Below, piece after piece: positions 49,238 through 59,208 of a stretch of 64,000 nucleotides of DNA. Within the stretch, counting starts at the first letter, position 1. Each line of letters opens with the position of its first letter. The DNA comes from Nitrososphaeria archaeon (GTDB taxonomy: Archaea; Thermoproteota; Nitrososphaeria; JACIWG01). Where the stretch lies: the NCBI GenBank assembly GCA_050011875.1, contig JBEKIG010000003.1, positions 32,001-96,000 of the forward strand, in the 5' to 3' direction. The translations under genes were made by a program, and so were the position numbers. The notes beneath the pieces were generated by a model, which saw only the letters and a list, made by a program, of their open reading frames with translations, ran no database searches and was not told where the DNA came from.

Positions 49238-50311
49238 CTATGTGAATCTGCTCCGTGCATTAATCGGCCAGATAGCTTCTATTTCACCATTTCTAATCGC
49301 GTAGAATTTGTCGTGAAGATTTACGGTGGTACAGATGTGGCTAGGATACAGTTCGACCATGTCTCCAATTCTGAATTTATTTTTGGTCGCACCAAGATTT
49401 AAGACCCCATGTTCGTCGCTCGATACGTGGCATTCGACATGTTCCGAACCTTTTACCAGAGGCATTCCAGAGTCTGTTGAGCAAGCCTTTGTACCACAAT
49501 CAACTACAACTCTGCCGGTTGAAGAAATACTGATCACCCTTGATAATACTGTTGCGGCCATATCAAACTCTGGGGCAGCGACCTTATATCTCCAATCCAT
49601 CAGAGCGTAGGAACCGGCTTGAACTTCGTCAAGGACATTAAATTCGTATTTGTATGTTCCAGTTCCCGCACCGCTTACAACTTCAAGGTAGATGCCAGCA
49701 TGTTCAAAGTCTTCTCTAAGAACTTTTATTTTGTCTATAACTTTCTTTACTTCTTTCATTTTCTTATCTTTCCCTATCGTATGTTCGGCCATTTGCAGGT
49801 GACCATCATAAGCTTGAATGCCTTTTAGCCTCACACCTTTTAGCAAAGAGATCACCTTAGCAAGATTCAATGCCTCCGAAGGTTCGACGCCACATCTGTT
49901 CATTCCAACGTTTACTTCTATTAAAACATCCATCTGTTTATTCTTCCTTTCAGACGATCGAGAAATAAGTCTGATGTTTTCTATATCATCGACTAAACAC
50001 TTAATTTCAGAAAAGTTCAGAAGGTTGATCATCTTCTGAATCTTGGACTCTTGAACTATCTGATTTGTAAGAAGGATTTCACGGACGCCTGCATTTACTA
50101 ATACCTCCGCCTCATTAAGTGTTTGACAGCAGACACCGGAAGCTCCATATTGTAATTCTCTCCAAGCTACCGCAGTGGACTTTGGTGTCTTGAAATGAGC
50201 CTTTAACTTCGTTTTCTTTCCTAACAGCCATTCTTTCATAACTGTTAAATTCTTTTCCATAATGTCCAAATCTATTATTAGAGCAGGTGTTTCGATATCC
50301 GTTATCTTCAA
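49238..50311 (-). CDS. Fold-type III PLP enzyme (D-threonine aldolase/DSD1-like)
   Basis: TPALIID, HFKT, GMNRCGV, YDGH, GTGT, QAGSY, DEHG, HICTTVN. Confidence 0.9.
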   Translation of the reverse strand: MKITDIETPALIIDLDIMEKNLTVMKEWLLGKKTKLKAHFKTPKSTAVAWRELQYGASGVCCQTLNEAEVLVNAGVREILLTNQIVQESKIQKMINLLNFSEIKCLVDDIENIRLISRSSERKNKQMDVLIEVNVGMNRCGVEPSEALNLAKVISLLKGVRLKGIQAYDGHLQMAEHTIGKDKKMKEVKKVIDKIKVLREDFEHAGIYLEVVSGAGTGTYKYEFNVLDEVQAGSYALMDWRYKVAAPEFDMAATVLSRVISISSTGRVVVDCGTKACSTDSGMPLVKGSEHVECHVSSDEHGVLNLGATKNKFRIGDMVELYPSHICTTVNLHDKFYAIRNGEIEAIWPINARSRFT

Positions 50312-50535
50312 CTTTGTTCCTATGATTTACATATTTTTAACTTATTAAAGATTCTTTATTAAAAGCTGAGCTCCTATTTTTCACTTTCATTCGTATAACA
50401 TGACTTGGACAGGTGGTTTTTTATTGTCAGATCTTCTTTAAAAGCTCTTTAAGAGAATTTAAAACGTAAGTTACTAGTCTTTTTTTTCCTCAGCCTTATA
50501 TTTAACTTCACTTCGGAGCACCAGAAGGAGAAAGC

Positions 50536-50778
50536 CTAGTTCATTGGATAAACACCAGCCAAATGGAACAAAGCGTATTGAAATGGGAGACAGGCATTAA
50601 AGCTAATCCCAGAACCCGTTATGTACATGTCTCCTTTGTACTTTTTTTAAAATATTATCAGCGATTACCTTCACTTTCTCACTATTCCCGTCATAAGTTT
50701 TGTTTAGCGCTTCCGGCTCTTCAAGTATCTCCTTTAACATGCTATGGCCAAATTAGTTTCTTATTATCTTTTTTCCAT
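50536..50778 (-). pseudogene. Frameshifted, truncated SIS-domain (GlmS isomerase-like) gene
   Basis: HSMLKEILEEPEAL..., then a shift in an A7 run to MYITGSGISFNAC; directly follows the glmU-like gene. Confidence 0.75.
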
Positions 50779-50781
50779 CCC

Positions 50782-52062
50782 CTATTTTTCCTTATCAACC
50801 TTTTCTCCGTTGAATTCCTGTTTTAGATAGACCCTTGAATTAGGCACCGTATCGTTGTATAGAACAACCCCTGGACCGACGATGCTGCTTGAGCCTATCT
50901 TAACCCCAGGCATTAACATAGCTCCCACTCCAATACATGACCCCTCACCCATCATCGCTCCCAGCTTCATTCTTCCAGTATCCTGTAGGATGTTATTAAC
51001 GTAGACCTTTATCGTTTTTTTATCAAACCTAAGGTTTGCGGTTAACGTTCTGTCACCAAGAAGACAATTATCAGCTATTATGCTGTCTCCGACGTAGTTT
51101 GAGTGGAAAAAACATCCGTTCCCGATGTATGATCTGGTTATCTCTGTTGAAAATCCAATTGTACAACCACTCCCTATGTGTACGTGATCTCTTACAAGTG
51201 AATAGTTTCCTATAGTCGTTTTTGGCCCTATATAACACGGCCCCTTGATTATTGCACCTTCCAAGATTTGAACCTCATCTGAGATGAAGACGTTTCCATC
51301 CAGGGTAGCCTTTTTCGATATGCGAGCTGAACCGGATATCTTAGAAACTTTTAAACTATTTAGAAAATATTCCGCAGCCTCAATAATGTGCCATGGATAC
51401 TTGATGGCGATCCATGGGCCGTCGTATTCTAAAACCTTCACTTTATAGCCCTTTTTTATAAGGCTGGTAAACGCACTTTCGTAAATATTGTCATCTGAGC
51501 TCTTCGTCTTTTCAATTTGATTAAGAAGTTTTTCTGGATCCCTGTGAAAGTGAACCACTATGTTGATGAGATTGCTTGGCTCGTTGCCTGGTCCTGGTTT
51601 TTCTGAGATACTTAGAAGTTCGTGCTTGGAGTTGACAACCAAATATCCGCCTGGAAAATATGAGTCGACTCTATGAGCTGCAATAGATGAATCATATCCA
51701 TTGCTCTCAGCTTCTTCTATGATATTCTGGTATAAAGAAGAAGAAAAAATATCGTTGGGATTAACCACTAAAATTTCATCGTTCAAGATAGCGTCTTTGG
51801 CTTTCATAAGCGCATCAGCCATTCCAAAAGGGCCGTCTTGGATGAAGAAAACGGCTTTAACTTTGTTTCTTGAGAATATGGACTTGATCTTTTTAATGTT
51901 AGAAGAATTGCCTACGATCACAAAATCATTTAAACCGATCTTTCTAGCCTGTTCTATATGGTGTTCAAGCAAAGGTTTACCCAAGAAGTCAAGTAAACAC
52001 TTGTCCTTCTTTATCGGAAACATCCTTTTACCTACTCCACCACATAAGAATATAATCTTCAT
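50782..52062 (-). CDS. glmU: Bifunctional sugar-1-phosphate nucleotidyltransferase/acetyltransferase (archaeal GlmU-like)
   Basis: LCGGVGKRM, EKP, YPW, hexapeptide repeats, ANLRFD, TGRMKLGA. Confidence 0.88.
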   Translation of the reverse strand: MKIIFLCGGVGKRMFPIKKDKCLLDFLGKPLLEHHIEQARKIGLNDFVIVGNSSNIKKIKSIFSRNKVKAVFFIQDGPFGMADALMKAKDAILNDEILVVNPNDIFSSSLYQNIIEEAESNGYDSSIAAHRVDSYFPGGYLVVNSKHELLSISEKPGPGNEPSNLINIVVHFHRDPEKLLNQIEKTKSSDDNIYESAFTSLIKKGYKVKVLEYDGPWIAIKYPWHIIEAAEYFLNSLKVSKISGSARISKKATLDGNVFISDEVQILEGAIIKGPCYIGPKTTIGNYSLVRDHVHIGSGCTIGFSTEITRSYIGNGCFFHSNYVGDSIIADNCLLGDRTLTANLRFDKKTIKVYVNNILQDTGRMKLGAMMGEGSCIGVGAMLMPGVKIGSSSIVGPGVVLYNDTVPNSRVYLKQEFNGEKVDKEK

Positions 52063-52225
52063 TCCACCATTCTTCCTTCTAACAATTACGCCATCTCTAG
52101 CTATTTAGTGTTTTCCAGCTGGTATGATTTATGAAAAAATGGTTGATAGCAGCACGTATTCTCCAATAAACAATAAATATATTCATAACATACTTTAAAT
52201 ATAGCCAACTAACGTAATTAAATGA

Positions 52226-53272
52226 GTGTTGGATTTGAAAGCTGTTGGAAAAACTAGCAAGAACGCTGGAATAGAAATTTTTGGAATAGAAGAGCCTAAA
52301 CTAGCTTCTGGTGACGTTTTAGTTGAAGTTAAAGCGACCGCAATCTGTGGCACAGACCTTCATTACTATCATTGGGACGGTTATGCCGAGAGGCACAACC
52401 CAGGTTTCCCGAGGGTTCTTGGACATGAATTCTGCGGCGATGTCGTCAAAGTTGGAGAAGATGTTAAGTCTCTGAAGGTTGGGGACAAAGTCGCTGCCGA
52501 GACACATATACCCTGCGGTACTTGTTACTTCTGTAGAACAGGCAAGATGCACATATGTAAAAACATGAAGATATTTGGTGTAGACACCTTATATGGATCT
52601 TTCGCATCACATACAGTCTTACCTGAAATAATAGCTGTCAAGGTCCCGGACGACATCAGTTACGAGGAAGGAGCTGTCTTAGAGCCTTTGGGGGTCGCTC
52701 TCCATGCAATCACAAAGGCTAATATCAAACCCGGAGACTCGGTTGTTATCACAGGATGTGGCCCAATAGGCTTATTTGCGCAACAGCTAGCCAAGGTTGC
52801 CGGTGCATCAAAGATCATTTCAACAGATCTTAAAGAATATAGGCTGGGTCTTTCAAAAAATGTTGGAGTTACTGAAGCAATCAACGTAGCAGCTGTTGAC
52901 CCCGTCAAAAGAGTGAAAGAGCTGACAGGAGGAGAGGGAGCGAGTGTTGTCATCGAAATCTCTGGTTCAAATGTCGCTATAAAACAAGCCCTTGAGATGG
53001 CGTCGCTTACAGGAAGGGTGATACTTGTTGGAACAGCCCAGAAACCTACGGATATCGATACGACAAACATGTTGATATACAAGGAGATAGATCTCTCAGG
53101 AATCACAGGTAGGCTAATGTTCGACACATGGTATAGGGCAATAGAAATAGTATCAAACAGGTTAATTGATCTGCATTCCATCATAACTCATAAGCTATCC
53201 CTTGATGATGCTGAAAAAGCCTTTAATCTCTCTGATAAGGGTGAAGCTGGTAAAGTACTATTTATACCTTAG
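52226..53272 (+). CDS. tdh: L-threonine 3-dehydrogenase-like Zn alcohol dehydrogenase
   Basis: ICGTDLH, GHEF, AETHIPCGTCYFC, GCGPIG, GITGRLMFDTWY. Confidence 0.85.
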   Translation: MLDLKAVGKTSKNAGIEIFGIEEPKLASGDVLVEVKATAICGTDLHYYHWDGYAERHNPGFPRVLGHEFCGDVVKVGEDVKSLKVGDKVAAETHIPCGTCYFCRTGKMHICKNMKIFGVDTLYGSFASHTVLPEIIAVKVPDDISYEEGAVLEPLGVALHAITKANIKPGDSVVITGCGPIGLFAQQLAKVAGASKIISTDLKEYRLGLSKNVGVTEAINVAAVDPVKRVKELTGGEGASVVIEISGSNVAIKQALEMASLTGRVILVGTAQKPTDIDTTNMLIYKEIDLSGITGRLMFDTWYRAIEIVSNRLIDLHSIITHKLSLDDAEKAFNLSDKGEAGKVLFIP

Positions 53273-53313
53273 GTAGTTCCTTGAACATTCTGCTGCGGAA
53301 CCTGTTGCATGTC

Positions 53314-54750
53314 CTATATGCTATAATCTTCATCTATATCCTGAACTTGTATAGGTTGAGATTTCGGGGTTCTCTTTATGAAGGCATAATATGATTTGAG
53401 GGCATCTTTAAAAGTCCATGGTTCAGTGAGATAGTATATGAATGCTGCTGCCAAAACATAGACCATAGGTGTTAGTGTGATTACATAGAAGCTGTACTGA
53501 GTCTTATTGCCGAGTAAGTATACTCCAACAAATCCGAAGAATCCTGCGAGGAACCACAGCGTAGGGATCAAGTATTTTTTATTTATTTTAAAGTAGATGT
53601 ATGGAATAAAGACCAGCATTACTAAGGCCATAATATAAATTACAGGGTCGACTTTTGCTATAACATCCGGTTTGAAGTTCAGGGCAAATGGGTTCTGATT
53701 ATAGAACCACCCCCAAGGAGTGGAGACCGGTGGACCTGTGGGCCTATTTGTAATATCCCATTTTGATCCATTTTCAACTTGGCTGACCCAGTTTTTAAAA
53801 CCGTAATGTAGGATAAGAGGAATGTTGACAGAAACATATACAGCTGGAGAAACGATTAACGGGTATACGAAAGATTTTATAACATCGAACCTAATGACCA
53901 ACATGTAGATAAGAAGTGCTATGACTGGGAAGACGCCAGTTAGTTTAGATGAAGCTGAAAGACCTAACGATACGGCTGAAAGGAAAAAATTATTTCTTAA
54001 CGCCAACCACGCTGATAATGTTAGAAAGAAGGCTGCGTAAATGTCCAACATGGCTACAGAGGACATGGCCATGAAAATTGAATCAACGAATGCGAAGAGG
54101 AATATCAGAAAGACGATAAATAAGTTGTCTGTGAGTTTGTATACTATCAGGCATATGAGAACCAGCATGAGTGTTCCCAATATGATGCTGGGAATTCTCC
54201 ATGAAATAGGTTTATCTCCTAAGGACAACATGGAAAAACCAATGATGTACTTTGCAAGGGGAGGATGTTCTGTGTTCATGTAGTTTTCAATCCCAGCAAT
54301 ATCGGGATACTTATAACCCGCTTGAATAAGCTCAATTCCCTGAATACTGTCCTTTATGGACTGCTCGTTCAGCGGCTTCTGCGTCACTACGTTGAGACAG
54401 AGTGTATTGTTGTACGTGGTGGGCAATATGTATCCTCCGTACTGGGCGTTGAGAGTACTGTTGAGACTTGGTATCATATTAGCAAGATCACTGGGATCAT
54501 TGAAGAATATAGAGTAATGGTAATAGCCATCGGAAATATAGGATGGCTGGACATTGAACAATTCTCTTAGAATATTCTTTGATGAACTGGCGTACCAGCA
54601 TTCGTCAGATACGTACCCTAGAGTGCCCTGCATGTTATTTGCAAGCGTGAAAGATTCATATGCAAAGGCTATTGTTAGGATAATCATCAACACTATCAGA
54701 ATCTTTCGAGCCCTCTTAGATGAGAGCTTATCGAATATGTCCAAACGCAT
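53314..54750 (-). CDS. Dolichyl-phosphate-mannose-protein mannosyltransferase-like (GT39/PMT, GT-C)
   Basis: YVSDECWY (DE motif), EHPPLAKY, WRIPS, AMLD, SSKLTG, STPWGW; many TMs. Confidence 0.85.
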   Translation of the reverse strand: MRLDIFDKLSSKRARKILIVLMIILTIAFAYESFTLANNMQGTLGYVSDECWYASSSKNILRELFNVQPSYISDGYYHYSIFFNDPSDLANMIPSLNSTLNAQYGGYILPTTYNNTLCLNVVTQKPLNEQSIKDSIQGIELIQAGYKYPDIAGIENYMNTEHPPLAKYIIGFSMLSLGDKPISWRIPSIILGTLMLVLICLIVYKLTDNLFIVFLIFLFAFVDSIFMAMSSVAMLDIYAAFFLTLSAWLALRNNFFLSAVSLGLSASSKLTGVFPVIALLIYMLVIRFDVIKSFVYPLIVSPAVYVSVNIPLILHYGFKNWVSQVENGSKWDITNRPTGPPVSTPWGWFYNQNPFALNFKPDVIAKVDPVIYIMALVMLVFIPYIYFKINKKYLIPTLWFLAGFFGFVGVYLLGNKTQYSFYVITLTPMVYVLAAAFIYYLTEPWTFKDALKSYYAFIKRTPKSQPIQVQDIDEDYSI

Positions 54751-54757
54751 AGTTAAC

Positions 54758-55804
54758 CTACCTCCAAATCACCATCTCACTAAAGAAGTAGTTCGCTGCA
54801 AAACCGAATAGGATACCGACCCCATCAGCGAGAATATAGTTTATTCCTAGATATAAAAGTATAGCAGATAGGATGTAGTTAATAAGAGCACCTAACGCGG
54901 TAACATTACATTTTATAAGCCGGTGCAAGAACCGCCCACTTCTCCTGTTCTTAAAAGTCCAAAAATCGTTTAATAAAAAGTTACTGAGGATTGAGGCCTC
55001 AATTGCTACGGCAAGCGCTAAGAGACCAGAAAGATTTATGGCCGAAACAAAAAGCCAGAGCACACCCAAGTTAACGAAAACCCCTGAAACACCAACTGCT
55101 CCAAATTTGAAGGCCCTAAAGTCAGAAAGCGTAACCAGCTGTTTTATGTAATCGATTATTTCGCTTGCCTTCATCTTGCTCTCTCCGGCCAACCGAGGTT
55201 TAAACGTGTAGGGGATTTCAGCCACCGTGCTGTACTTGCCCTTAACAAGTATTTCAATCAAAAGCTTGAACCCTCTAGTAGTAAGTGTTACGTTTTCGAT
55301 GACGTTCTTTCTAAAGATAAAGTAACCTGACTGTGTATCTTTTACATTTCTAGTCTTCTTTAAAAGCAGGTGCGAAAGCCATATTGCACCTTTAGATATG
55401 ATTCTTCTAACAAATGACCAGCCCTCGATCCTTCCACCCTCGATATATCTTGAAGCAATCACGATATCGGTACCGCTTTCTGCTTTCACAAACATACTTC
55501 TCAAGAGATCTGGAGGATGCTGGAGATCCGCGTCAATAACGCTAACAAAGTCACCTTCAGACACCTTAATACCGTCTAAAATCGCCGTTCCGAGACCCAT
55601 CTTACCTTCCCTATGTACAACCTTGACTTTTTGATACCTTGAAGATATTTGGTCCGCAAGCTTTCCAGTGCCATCGGGGCTGTTATCGTCCACTATGATC
55701 AACTCGAAGTCCAACCCCTCCAATGAAGCAAAAACCTTACTTACGAGGTTCTCGAGGTTCTCCTTCTCATTGTATGTTGGCACTATTATAGAAAGCTTAT
55801 TCAC
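54758..55804 (-). CDS. Dolichol-phosphate mannose synthase-like GT2 fused to a GtrA domain
   Basis: IVPTYNE, VDDNSPDGT, IDADLQHPP, ASRY; C-terminal KFGAVGVSGVFVNLG...SNFLLNDFWTF. Confidence 0.92.
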   Translation of the reverse strand: MNKLSIIVPTYNEKENLENLVSKVFASLEGLDFELIIVDDNSPDGTGKLADQISSRYQKVKVVHREGKMGLGTAILDGIKVSEGDFVSVIDADLQHPPDLLRSMFVKAESGTDIVIASRYIEGGRIEGWSFVRRIISKGAIWLSHLLLKKTRNVKDTQSGYFIFRKNVIENVTLTTRGFKLLIEILVKGKYSTVAEIPYTFKPRLAGESKMKASEIIDYIKQLVTLSDFRAFKFGAVGVSGVFVNLGVLWLFVSAINLSGLLALAVAIEASILSNFLLNDFWTFKNRRSGRFLHRLIKCNVTALGALINYILSAILLYLGINYILADGVGILFGFAANYFFSEMVIWR

Positions 55805-55852
55805 GTTTTGTCAGGGAGCTTTTTGACGAATATAAAAGTTTAATTAAGGATG

Positions 55853-56075
55853 TCAAAATTTATTTAAAAAAGTAGACATCAGAGTACAATTAAGGTAGAG
55901 GCTGAACCGATAAAGAAGTCTCGCCGACGTTATAACCAGACCACTTATGAGAACGTCTATAGAAAGAACATCACGAAGATAAGGTAGGACCAGAGTTATA
56001 GAAAGGATGAAGCCAAAGTTAAGTAGGCCTGCTGTAAAAGAATAAAATATAAGATAAGCGTTATAAACAGCTAGG
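55853..56075 (-). pseudogene. Possible MFS transporter N-terminal remnant
   Basis: FTAGLLNFGFILSITLVLPYLRDVLSIDVLISGLVITSARL resembles MFS TM1-TM2; truncated. Confidence 0.35.
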
Positions 56076-56089
56076 TAGGTCAAACAGAC

Positions 56090-56797
56090 ATGGAGCACCC
56101 CCTTATCAGCTTCATAATTCCTGCACTTAATGAGGAAAAATATATAGGCTCGACTTTGACTTCGATACAAAAACAGGATTACAAGGGGGATTTTGAGATA
56201 GTTGTAGCAGATGGAATGAGTAAGGACAGAACGATTGAAGTGTCAAAGAAATATACTGAAAGGATAGTAACCGTCAACCGTAAAGGAGTGTCCGCTGGAA
56301 GGAATGAAGGAGCGAAGGCGGCCAAGGGGGGCATATACGTCTTCCTCGATGCAGACACCATCGCATGCCGAAACCTCTTAACCAACATCGCCAAGCATTT
56401 CAATAATAAGCAAGTTCTTGCTGGCACACCTAGGATACTTACAACTGAATACGGTAAGAATTTTATACTATATACTGCAGCAAATGAGATTGGAATGAAT
56501 ACATTATTCAAGATAAAGAGACCGATATTACCTGCCGTGTGCTTGGCTTGCAGGAAAGAAGCTTTTTGGGAGGTTGGAGGATTCAATGAGAAACTTAAAG
56601 TTGCTGAAGACCTAGAGTTCTCTTCGAAGATTAGAAAATTACCCGGCAAATTTGTTTACATGCGAAACACGTACGTTTATACTTCACCTCGAAGGTTAAA
56701 AAGTTGGGGCGTCGTTAGACAGCTGAGAGCCTGGCCCTTCGGATACATCTACATCAGATTAAGGAATAAGCAGCCGAGGTATGAGCCGATAAGATGA
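56090..56797 (+). CDS. Glycosyltransferase family 2
   Basis: IIPALNEE, ADGMSKDRT, FLDAD, AED, TSPRR. Confidence 0.92.
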   Translation: MEHPLISFIIPALNEEKYIGSTLTSIQKQDYKGDFEIVVADGMSKDRTIEVSKKYTERIVTVNRKGVSAGRNEGAKAAKGGIYVFLDADTIACRNLLTNIAKHFNNKQVLAGTPRILTTEYGKNFILYTAANEIGMNTLFKIKRPILPAVCLACRKEAFWEVGGFNEKLKVAEDLEFSSKIRKLPGKFVYMRNTYVYTSPRRLKSWGVVRQLRAWPFGYIYIRLRNKQPRYEPIR

Positions 56798-57013
56798 GAA
56801 TAATTTATTGAAGTGGAACCAACACAAGGCATCGTCAATCTTCGCCAAAACTATATTATAATCTGATCTTTTAGCGCTATCAAAGATGTTTTTCGAGTTA
56901 AAAGGATGCTAGATTATCCAAACTCTCTGCTCTCAGTTGACCTTGGAAAAAGCGTTATAGGGATGGAGAAAAATAAATAAGACAGTTTAACAGTTTTCCC
57001 GAAAGTGTGCTGA

Positions 57014-59161
57014 TTGATGGTTAAAGAGCAACATATTATTATGAAATTAGAAGACTTGTCTTCCACTATATTAAGCTTAGATCACGTGGACCACGTTATT
57101 CAAACAGCCTTTAAGGGTCACGTGAAGCTTGCCGCAGATCATATTTTAAACAGAGGGATGATAGGGCGTCTTGAAAAAACCGTTGGAAGTATAACGCGAA
57201 AGCTGAATTTAAAATTCTATGAGAGTAGATACCTTCCCTTACAGGAATCGATTATCGTTCGGACCAAATCTTATGCTACACTTTTAAATATCGCATTAAA
57301 TTTTTTTGGTTTTGAGCGTGTACTAATAGGGTTTTCAGAAGATGAGACAGAGATTGCTATTGACTATATAAGAAGAACTTTAGGAGAATGGGAAGAATAT
57401 GAAAAGAAATATTTTGCGACTACAATCGCAAAGGATGTCGTCGACGATTTTATTGCCGAAATGAAGATACCGATGTCCAAGAATTACAAACCACCCGGGT
57501 CGATGACCTCGAAGATAGGTGAAACCGTAGAAGGAAAGCTTAGGGCGGATGAGAGGATGTTGAGCTTTTTGGAGGCCGTAAAAGAGGAAGTTCAAGAAAA
57601 CATATACTATCGCATGAGTATTAAGAAGAACAAGTTCGGCAACGATTATGCTCTTGGTCTGAGGTGGCTGAGGCACTTGGGTTACGTTCAGGTTTCAACA
57701 AACCCAGTTCTAGCCGCCGCAGCATATGTAGATGATCCCTCTCTTTGGGATGGCTTTAAAGGAGAAAGCTTTTGTCAGGATTTCAAAACGGTGGCAAAGG
57801 AGAACAGAAAATGGTTAGATGAACCAGAAGCGTTCGCCGACGAAATTGCAATGAAGGCCACTGAGATATGTGTCTTTCCTAACCTAGCAGTGTTCAGGCC
57901 TATTGCTATAGCCTCAAACTTTGTACACGGCATGGTTAGCTATCAGCTCAGCCCGAATGTTAGTGGAAGCAGTAAAGAGAGTGTTAAGGATGCTTTACAT
58001 ATATATTCTGATGCCTCTAATTTTCTCAGAAAATATGACGAATATCTTCTGTGGGGATATAACGATCTCGACATTGAAAAGATGCGACCAAACATTGTGT
58101 TCAAGGTCTCTGGAAACAATTCTTCTTCTATCGATACAACACACGATTTGGAGAGTTTGGGAATAGGCACGAACAACACCGAGACTTATACTGTCTCGCA
58201 GGAGACGACTCTAATAATTTCTAAAATAGAGGGTAGAGCGAAAGCTGTCAAAAAAGGGATTCATGTCGGAACATCTTATGAAACTACTATGTGTGGACGA
58301 CTCAACGATTATTTACGTGAAAAACAGGCTAGAATAATGTTGGAAATGATGTATAACAAGACCAAAGACTTCTCTGCTATAGCACAACTAGCCAAAGATC
58401 TTGGTGTACAGGATGTAGGTGCTCTGTCTATCGAAAAGCTATTCGAGATATCTAGTGATCTCCGCTATCTTAGCTCATTAACGATTAAACCTTTCGTAAA
58501 ACTTGCTATGGAGGCAGATATGTTCGGAGGAACTAAGGAAGAAGTGCAGGCATACTTATCAAGGCTGGAGGACGATATCTGTAAATGTGGAATAGCCGTT
58601 ACACAAAGGGTTTATGAAGTCTTCTTTTTTCCGGAGAATAGGTCTAAGTGGCTAAATTACATCAGAGCCAGATACGAGCTGAATGAAGAGCAGACGGAGG
58701 AAGTTATAGCATTCATAGACATGCTTCCCGCTTCGAAGAGAAAACCTAGAGAGACATTTTTGACCCTGGCATCAAGTAACATGACTAATACAGAATTTCC
58801 AAACCATCAGACAAACGTCTTGAACGAGAGCAGGAAACCAGGTTTCAATTTAGAAGAATATCTGGACGCTGTTGTGAACAGAGTAGTTGAAGCTGAAACA
58901 ATACACAGACTTTTTGAAGAATATGAAGCGAAGGATGAATGCAGAAAAGCCTTACAACTTACACCTGCTATTTTGAAAAAGCTCAAAGAGGTTGGGGTAA
59001 ACGTGAAGTTCGGAGAAGATGGACTGACGCCTGAGGAATGGCCTAATTTTGGGGCTGTAATAAAAACTAAGAGCGAGTTCACAAGAGCTTATAATAATTT
59101 CAGGCAGGAAGCGGTTAGCTTTGTTAAAAAACAAAAAACACTTTATAGCACCATAAATTGA
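57014..59161 (+). CDS. Extended transaldolase-family protein
   Basis: VSTNPVL, VSYQLSP, RPNIVFKV (Schiff-base Lys), GIGTNNT, GRLND. Confidence 0.8.
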   Translation: MMVKEQHIIMKLEDLSSTILSLDHVDHVIQTAFKGHVKLAADHILNRGMIGRLEKTVGSITRKLNLKFYESRYLPLQESIIVRTKSYATLLNIALNFFGFERVLIGFSEDETEIAIDYIRRTLGEWEEYEKKYFATTIAKDVVDDFIAEMKIPMSKNYKPPGSMTSKIGETVEGKLRADERMLSFLEAVKEEVQENIYYRMSIKKNKFGNDYALGLRWLRHLGYVQVSTNPVLAAAAYVDDPSLWDGFKGESFCQDFKTVAKENRKWLDEPEAFADEIAMKATEICVFPNLAVFRPIAIASNFVHGMVSYQLSPNVSGSSKESVKDALHIYSDASNFLRKYDEYLLWGYNDLDIEKMRPNIVFKVSGNNSSSIDTTHDLESLGIGTNNTETYTVSQETTLIISKIEGRAKAVKKGIHVGTSYETTMCGRLNDYLREKQARIMLEMMYNKTKDFSAIAQLAKDLGVQDVGALSIEKLFEISSDLRYLSSLTIKPFVKLAMEADMFGGTKEEVQAYLSRLEDDICKCGIAVTQRVYEVFFFPENRSKWLNYIRARYELNEEQTEEVIAFIDMLPASKRKPRETFLTLASSNMTNTEFPNHQTNVLNESRKPGFNLEEYLDAVVNRVVEAETIHRLFEEYEAKDECRKALQLTPAILKKLKEVGVNVKFGEDGLTPEEWPNFGAVIKTKSEFTRAYNNFRQEAVSFVKKQKTLYSTIN

Positions 59162-59208
59162 TTGACAGCAATAAAAAAGTGGGAAGAACGGTGTCTTTAA
59201 AAGGAAAT

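Noticed and set aside
50563-50826. 87-aa + strand ORF
   Set aside because: Antisense to the SIS pseudogene and the glmU 3' end
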